From Candidatus Poribacteria bacterium (GTDB taxonomy: Bacteria > Poribacteria > WGA-4E > JAJDTR01): a stretch of DNA of 64,000 nucleotides. Under the pieces are notes generated by a model that saw nothing but the letters and a program-made list of their open reading frames with translations, had not been told where the DNA came from and did no database searches. The stretch spans positions 1 through 64,000 of the forward strand of contig CBDCTK010000002.1 of NCBI GenBank assembly GCA_965222225.1, read 5' to 3'. Positions 59,583-64,000 of this stretch are shown here, in pieces. Both the position numbers and the translations under genes were made by a program. How positions within the stretch are numbered: the stretch's first letter is position 1; each line of letters starts with the position of its first letter.

Positions 59583-61382
59583 TTACAGTCTCACGACGGA
59601 GTTGCGGTTGAATCGACGAGCTGCAGATAGATCGACGCGTTGTTGCGCGGTGGTCGTGATGCGAGAGCGGCAAGCGCCTTGCACGGCGTCGGGGGCGTCG
59701 TTATGGTCGGCGGAGGGGAATTGCCTGAACTGTGTCCAGAACTCGCCGGGCAAGTCCTGCTCGTTGAACGCGAGCCATCCATTGGCTATGGCTGGCTCAA
59801 GCGTACCGATGCGGTCTTCTTTGTTTTGGTGCTGCTTGTGATACATGATTCTGCGTTCAAAGCGGTGGCGCTCTTTCATCGCGCGGAACGCATGGTCGGT
59901 AGACAGCAGGATGGTGCCGTCTTTGTCGGGGCGCTGTTCGCAAACGAAGTGGGATTTGGGATACGCGGGCGCCAACATCGCCTCGGCGCGCTGTGCGAGG
60001 AGGATGGCGTGCTCCATCTGGTCGGTGAGTGCGACACGGTCAAGCCATGCCAGCAGGATGTATCCGTTCACGCCGGAGAGGGAGTCGGGGTTCATGGAAC
60101 CGCCGCCGGGGAGAGGTTCCCAAACGATGACAACGGCGCAGGCGTAACTATTGGCAAGCGCATCGCGTCCGCCCATGGTGTCGAGATAGGTGGTGAAGCC
60201 GCCGATGTCGTGCCATGGCACGACACGCCCATCGCTGCGGCGAAAGCCTTCGTCTGCCACGGAGAAGGTGACCGCTTGATCCATCTTGAACAACGCCATC
60301 CCGGGGTAGCGGGCATCGTTCTGGAGTTCGCGCATCACGCTGTGGTAGCCGCGCTCGACGATTTCTTTGCGGACGCGGACGTAGGGAAGTTTTTCTTCCC
60401 AGAGCATCTCTACGTTTGCGTTCATTTCGGATTTTCGGGCTTGGAAAAAGGCGTCGGCGCGCGCTTCGCGTTCATCGTCGTTGAGGGTTGTATCGCTGTA
60501 GACACGTTCCCACTCTTTCCAGAGGCGCTCGGCGGTGGGGTGGTAGATGTCTTTGGGATAACGGACGGCTTGGTAGCGCAGTGTCTGCCAGCCGGGCACG
60601 GTGCGGAGATGTTCGGAGAGGGATTCGGGGTGTTTGACGGTATCGACTATGATGGTGTTGGAGTGCCCGCTTCCGAGATCTCCGGCGTACATGAAGTCGG
60701 TCATGAACCACTCTCTGTCTTCACCCCGCAGATCGGGATTGAGGCAGCGTTTGGGGTCTTCGATGTCGTCGCAGAGCTTGAGTGTGGGGCGGACATCGCC
60801 GAGGAGCGCGCCGCGGGGAGACGAACCGCGTCCGAGAGGTCTCAATCCGATGCCGTTTCGGGTGTCGGTTTCGGTTTTTGTCCACGGGGCGCCGACGAGG
60901 TCGCCGAAATCGCGTCGGATGAGGGGATTGTGTTCGAGGACGTATCGGATTTCTGTTATGCGTTGGCGCGCCATGCGTTCGTTGCGACCAACGATGAGGA
61001 TGAATTCCTCGGGTTGCCTATCCATAACGAGATCGAAGTCCTTGTAGCAGATTCGCCACAGCGGGATTAGGCGATTGACAAGGGTGGTCTTGCCGGTGCC
61101 GCGGGGGGCTTGGACGTTTATCTGCTTTCCGTATTCGCCGGGCTTGACGGCGTTGAGGATATGGATATGAAAATCTTTAAGCGTGAGGACACGATAGCTG
61201 AACTTTCTGATGTACAACCAGACGAATAACTCGGGCCACCGGTACCCGGCGTGCGCCCTAATCATGCCGGCTTCGTCTTGTTGATTGTTCTTCATCTTCT
61301 CGTGTACAGTGTTCAAGACTCTCCAGCGCTCGCAGTGCTGCATTTTTTGAATCATGTCCTTGCTCGGTATTATCTTCGTCAT
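59583..61382 (-). CDS. Phage-type terminase large subunit (true start may be 61295 or 61265)
   Basis: Walker A QAPRGTGKTT, RG...RPTLKLCDDIED Walker B, RELQND linker, RNase H-like YLD..., C-terminal FPSADHNDAPDA. Confidence 0.85.
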   Translation of the reverse strand: MTKIIPSKDMIQKMQHCERWRVLNTVHEKMKNNQQDEAGMIRAHAGYRWPELFVWLYIRKFSYRVLTLKDFHIHILNAVKPGEYGKQINVQAPRGTGKTTLVNRLIPLWRICYKDFDLVMDRQPEEFILIVGRNERMARQRITEIRYVLEHNPLIRRDFGDLVGAPWTKTETDTRNGIGLRPLGRGSSPRGALLGDVRPTLKLCDDIEDPKRCLNPDLRGEDREWFMTDFMYAGDLGSGHSNTIIVDTVKHPESLSEHLRTVPGWQTLRYQAVRYPKDIYHPTAERLWKEWERVYSDTTLNDDEREARADAFFQARKSEMNANVEMLWEEKLPYVRVRKEIVERGYHSVMRELQNDARYPGMALFKMDQAVTFSVADEGFRRSDGRVVPWHDIGGFTTYLDTMGGRDALANSYACAVVIVWEPLPGGGSMNPDSLSGVNGYILLAWLDRVALTDQMEHAILLAQRAEAMLAPAYPKSHFVCEQRPDKDGTILLSTDHAFRAMKERHRFERRIMYHKQHQNKEDRIGTLEPAIANGWLAFNEQDLPGEFWTQFRQFPSADHNDAPDAVQGACRSRITTTAQQRVDLSAARRFNRNSVVRL

Positions 61383-61806
61383 TCGAGTTGTGGTCGATGC
61401 TCAACAATAGGGTTTTTCGGATCGGGGTAATACTACGCGCAATTGACAGCACATCATTCGGGCTTTGTAATTCGATGTGATTGAGACCTTCAAGCACTTT
61501 TTCTATTAGCTTAGATATTGCCATGGAAGCGTGTAATGACGTGCCTTGGGTGTGTCTTTCGCACTCTGCTTGAAAGTGCTTGAGAGTGCTTTCATAGATT
61601 GGCTTCCATTTTTTTGCGAATTTACCGTGGAACGGATTGCAGGTTCGTGTGGCGTCTTGGATTATCCGCCGAGGCACATCTTTCCATTCGGGATGCGCCT
61701 TGATAAGAGCGTCGACAATAGCGGTTGTGGTGGCATTCTGCCAGACCCGTTGATAGATGGTATCGGCGCGCTCTTCGTCTGTGAGTTTGACTTGAACGTG
61801 TTTCAT
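61258..61806 (-). CDS. Probable terminase small subunit / helical DNA-binding protein
   Basis: SD GAAGGAG; 182 aa helical; directly upstream of and overlapping terL; positional inference only. Confidence 0.55.
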   Translation of the reverse strand: MKHVQVKLTDEERADTIYQRVWQNATTTAIVDALIKAHPEWKDVPRRIIQDATRTCNPFHGKFAKKWKPIYESTLKHFQAECERHTQGTSLHASMAISKLIEKVLEGLNHIELQSPNDVLSIARSITPIRKTLLLSIDHNSNDEDNTEQGHDSKNAALRALESLEHCTREDEEQSTRRSRHD

Positions 61807-61979
61807 AATGAGAACTCCTTCGATCAGCGGTTAATGGACAGTGACAAGCAATAACGGAAGAGTCCTGACCGGCAAATTAAAACTGGATCGCTTTTGGACT
61901 CCAGTCGGCTTTACACGCGGTTGCTTGACCCACCACTGATTACGTTACACAATTCAGTTGTTCAGCGAAAAGATGGAAT

Positions 61980-62038
61980 AAAAAAAGCCCACTGGCGGCT
62001 ATCTGTTGATTGACATCAAAGAAAGCCACCAATGGGCT
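61980..62038 (-). terminator. Strong intrinsic terminator upstream of the terminase genes
   Basis: AGCCCATTGGTGGCTTTCTTTGAT-GTCA-ATCAACAGATAGCCGCCAGTGGGCT followed by a T run. Confidence 0.8.
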
Positions 62039-62156
62039 GATTATAGATATGAAATTTAATTCAGCGCGGTTCGCCGCAGTTTGTGTACGGTGGAACGCGC
62101 GCGTATGACTATCAAATCGTAGAAGCGGATCAATACCGCGGGGTACAAGTATGGGG

Positions 62157-62185
62157 ATTGTACCATGTTGGGGCGGATTTTTCAA
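62157..62185 (-). promoter_or_regulatory. Sigma70 promoter facing the terminase genes
   Basis: TTGAAA-N17-TACAAT with TG extension. Confidence 0.65.
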
Positions 62186-62257
62186 TCGTTGAAAATACGT
62201 CTGAACATTGGGGAAGGGGAAAAACAGTGGTCAGTGACCAGTGGCTAGTGGTCAGTA

Positions 62258-62390
62258 GGAAGGGAGGAAGGGGAGAAAACGCGAAGACGGGAAGATTGGA
62301 AGGGAGGAAGAAGGGAGGGAGGATGGAAGAGTGGAAGGAGTGGGAGGGGAGGGGACAGGAAGGGGGTGTATGGGGTGGTTGGGTGAGAGG
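62258..62390 (+). repeat. Purine/G-rich low-complexity tract with GGAAG-based ~8-bp periodicity
   Basis: GGAAGGGAGGAAG...GGAAGATTGGAAGGGAGGAAGAAGGGAGG...; similar tracts at 9075-9115 and 13934-13952. Confidence 0.75.
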
Positions 62391-62789
62391 ATTGTCTGGA
62401 TCGCTGTCTGAATCGCAGATTACACGGATTAAAGGATTTCGCGGATTGGGAGGGAGGGCGTACGGTAAGAGAGAAATCGGCGATCCCTCCCTACAACTGC
62501 TGAATCGCGACCGGGAGGTTGATCCTACAGAGGTCGGTTGTCCGACTACGATGAAGCAATCGAGGAACGGCAAGCTCTATCGGGATTGGATACCGCACCC
62601 AATTTCTCACATGGCACTCCTCTGGAGTGCGGAGATGGGACACATCTCTTATCTACAGATATACCACAGGATTTACTATCGCGCTCCGTCCGGTCGCTTG
62701 ATTCCCGCCTACGGGTTTGGTGCCGCACGACTTTCCCAACTGTTGTACGTATGTACAAGTTCGAGCTAGGTAAAGGCAATAAGATTGGC

Positions 62790-62817
62790 TTGACAAGACG
62801 ATGTCTTATGCTATACT
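62790..62817 (+). promoter_or_regulatory. Sigma70 promoter of the methyltransferase, with a palindromic spacer
   Basis: TTGACA-N16-TATACT (TG extended); AAGAC-GAT-GTCTT inverted repeat. Confidence 0.75.
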
Positions 62818-62998
62818 TATGAGACTTGGATAAACGTGCGAAAACTAGTGGAAGTGGTGGCCAAGACGCTCAGGCGTACCTTGCCACAGGATATGAAATT
62901 CCGTATCTTGATGTAGCGACTAGGAGGACATACCACATATTGGGTAAGCCTTATTGTGGAACACTAGTTGCTTCGATAGGTATCAATCTCTCTCGACT

Positions 62999-64000
62999 AT
63001 GAAACAGCGAGACGGCTTCACAATCCTTGCGGATACAATGGACAAAAAAGCCGCAGTAGAAGGAAAACCTATTGGTAGCGGCGACTGCACGTCAGCATCC
63101 TCGGACGATGCGCTGACCGCCGGCTGCTTATTCAGTGGCATGGGAGGGTTCGCTACAGGACTAGTTCGAGCGGGGTTTACCATTCGTTGGGCATCTGACC
63201 ACGATCAGTTTGCATGCGCCACGTTTCGACACCGATTGCCGAACGTGTCAGTTATCGAAAAAGATGTACAAGAACTTTCAGTGGCCACGGACAGTCTGAC
63301 TACCGTTGATGTAGTAGTCGCAGGTTTCCCTTGTCAGAGCTTCTCAATGGCAGGAAACCGCCTGGGCTTCAAAGATCCGCGGGGTCGCTTGTTTTTCGAA
63401 ATCCCGCGACTGTTGACAGAATTCGAGCTAAACGATCACCCTCGATTGGTGATTTTAGAAAATGTACCGCATTTGCTGCACGGGGCGGAAAAGTCTTGGT
63501 TTGATGAGGTTCGACGCGCATTGCGAAGAGCGGGTTACTGGTTCAGAGAGGAATCGTGCTGGACGGTGAATGTCAAAGATGCAACCGAGCTGCCACAGGA
63601 CCGCGAGCGATTGTTCATGGTCGCGGCCTCGCGCCAGCATTTTCGATACAATCCATTTAAGCCGCCAAATGTCTCAAGCAGTAAGGCAGCGACACGGCGC
63701 CACATCGACGACTCTATCGACCGGCAACGGCCGGGCGCTGATGAGGCATATTTGCCTAAAGACAACCGCTATTATAAGATGATTGACAATGCGATGGCGA
63801 CTGGCGAATCGGATAAGAATATCTATCAATTGCGACGTTCATATGTACGGGAAAAGAAGGAGGGATTGTGTCCTACGTTGACCGCGAACATGGGTATCGG
63901 CGGCCATAATGTACCGTTTATTCGGGATGGTTGGGGTATACGTCGCTTGAGCGTAAAGGAAGTTGCGACGTTCCAGGGGTTCAACGGGGAGGAGCCACTA
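62999..64000 (+). CDS. DNA (cytosine-5) methyltransferase, runs off the window end (absent from the ORF track)
   Basis: LFSGMGG (motif I), AGFPCQSFS (IV), LENV (VI), QDRER (VIII), PTLTANMG, RRLSVKE (IX). Confidence 0.93.
   Translation, partial: MKQRDGFTILADTMDKKAAVEGKPIGSGDCTSASSDDALTAGCLFSGMGGFATGLVRAGFTIRWASDHDQFACATFRHRLPNVSVIEKDVQELSVATDSLTTVDVVVAGFPCQSFSMAGNRLGFKDPRGRLFFEIPRLLTEFELNDHPRLVILENVPHLLHGAEKSWFDEVRRALRRAGYWFREESCWTVNVKDATELPQDRERLFMVAASRQHFRYNPFKPPNVSSSKAATRRHIDDSIDRQRPGADEAYLPKDNRYYKMIDNAMATGESDKNIYQLRRSYVREKKEGLCPTLTANMGIGGHNVPFIRDGWGIRRLSVKEVATFQGFNGEEPL

Noticed and set aside
59640-61070. 476-aa + strand ORF
   Set aside because: Antisense shadow of the GC-rich terL, with no recognisable motifs
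9336-62702. The 36-bp dispersed repeats as orphan CRISPR repeats
   Set aside because: Highly degenerate, single copies, no regular spacer structure
59583-64000. Intact prophage
   Set aside because: No portal, capsid, tail, integrase or lysis genes in the window

Overview
This 64-kb chromosomal segment is almost certainly from Candidatus Poribacteria: the 16S gene carries exact matches to the Poribacteria-specific 389F and POR1130 oligos as I recall them, and the secreted proteins carry the typical 'NYPNPFNPETWIPYQL' C-terminus. It holds a complete minus-strand rRNA operon (16S-tRNA-Ile-tRNA-Ala-23S-5S) and a decayed ECF sigma fusion beside a paralog of its C-terminal domain. Metabolic and housekeeping genes include a xanthine-oxidase-family molybdoenzyme operon, Mn-SOD, T-box-controlled ilvBNC, tRNA-Val/Asp with serS, several enzymes and envelope proteins, and a PorV-like protein. 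There are TonB-dependent receptors and two selenoproteins recoded at UGA (a rhodanese and an NAD-linked formate dehydrogenase alpha subunit). The right end carries an orphan terminase small/large gene pair with an elaborate promoter-terminator-structured leader, divergent from a C5 DNA methyltransferase. Intergenic regions carry at least nine degenerate ~36-bp repeats, all on the same strand and often nested in REP-like GTAG/CTAC hairpins. All calls were made by eye from the sequence and ORF track; no searches were run.
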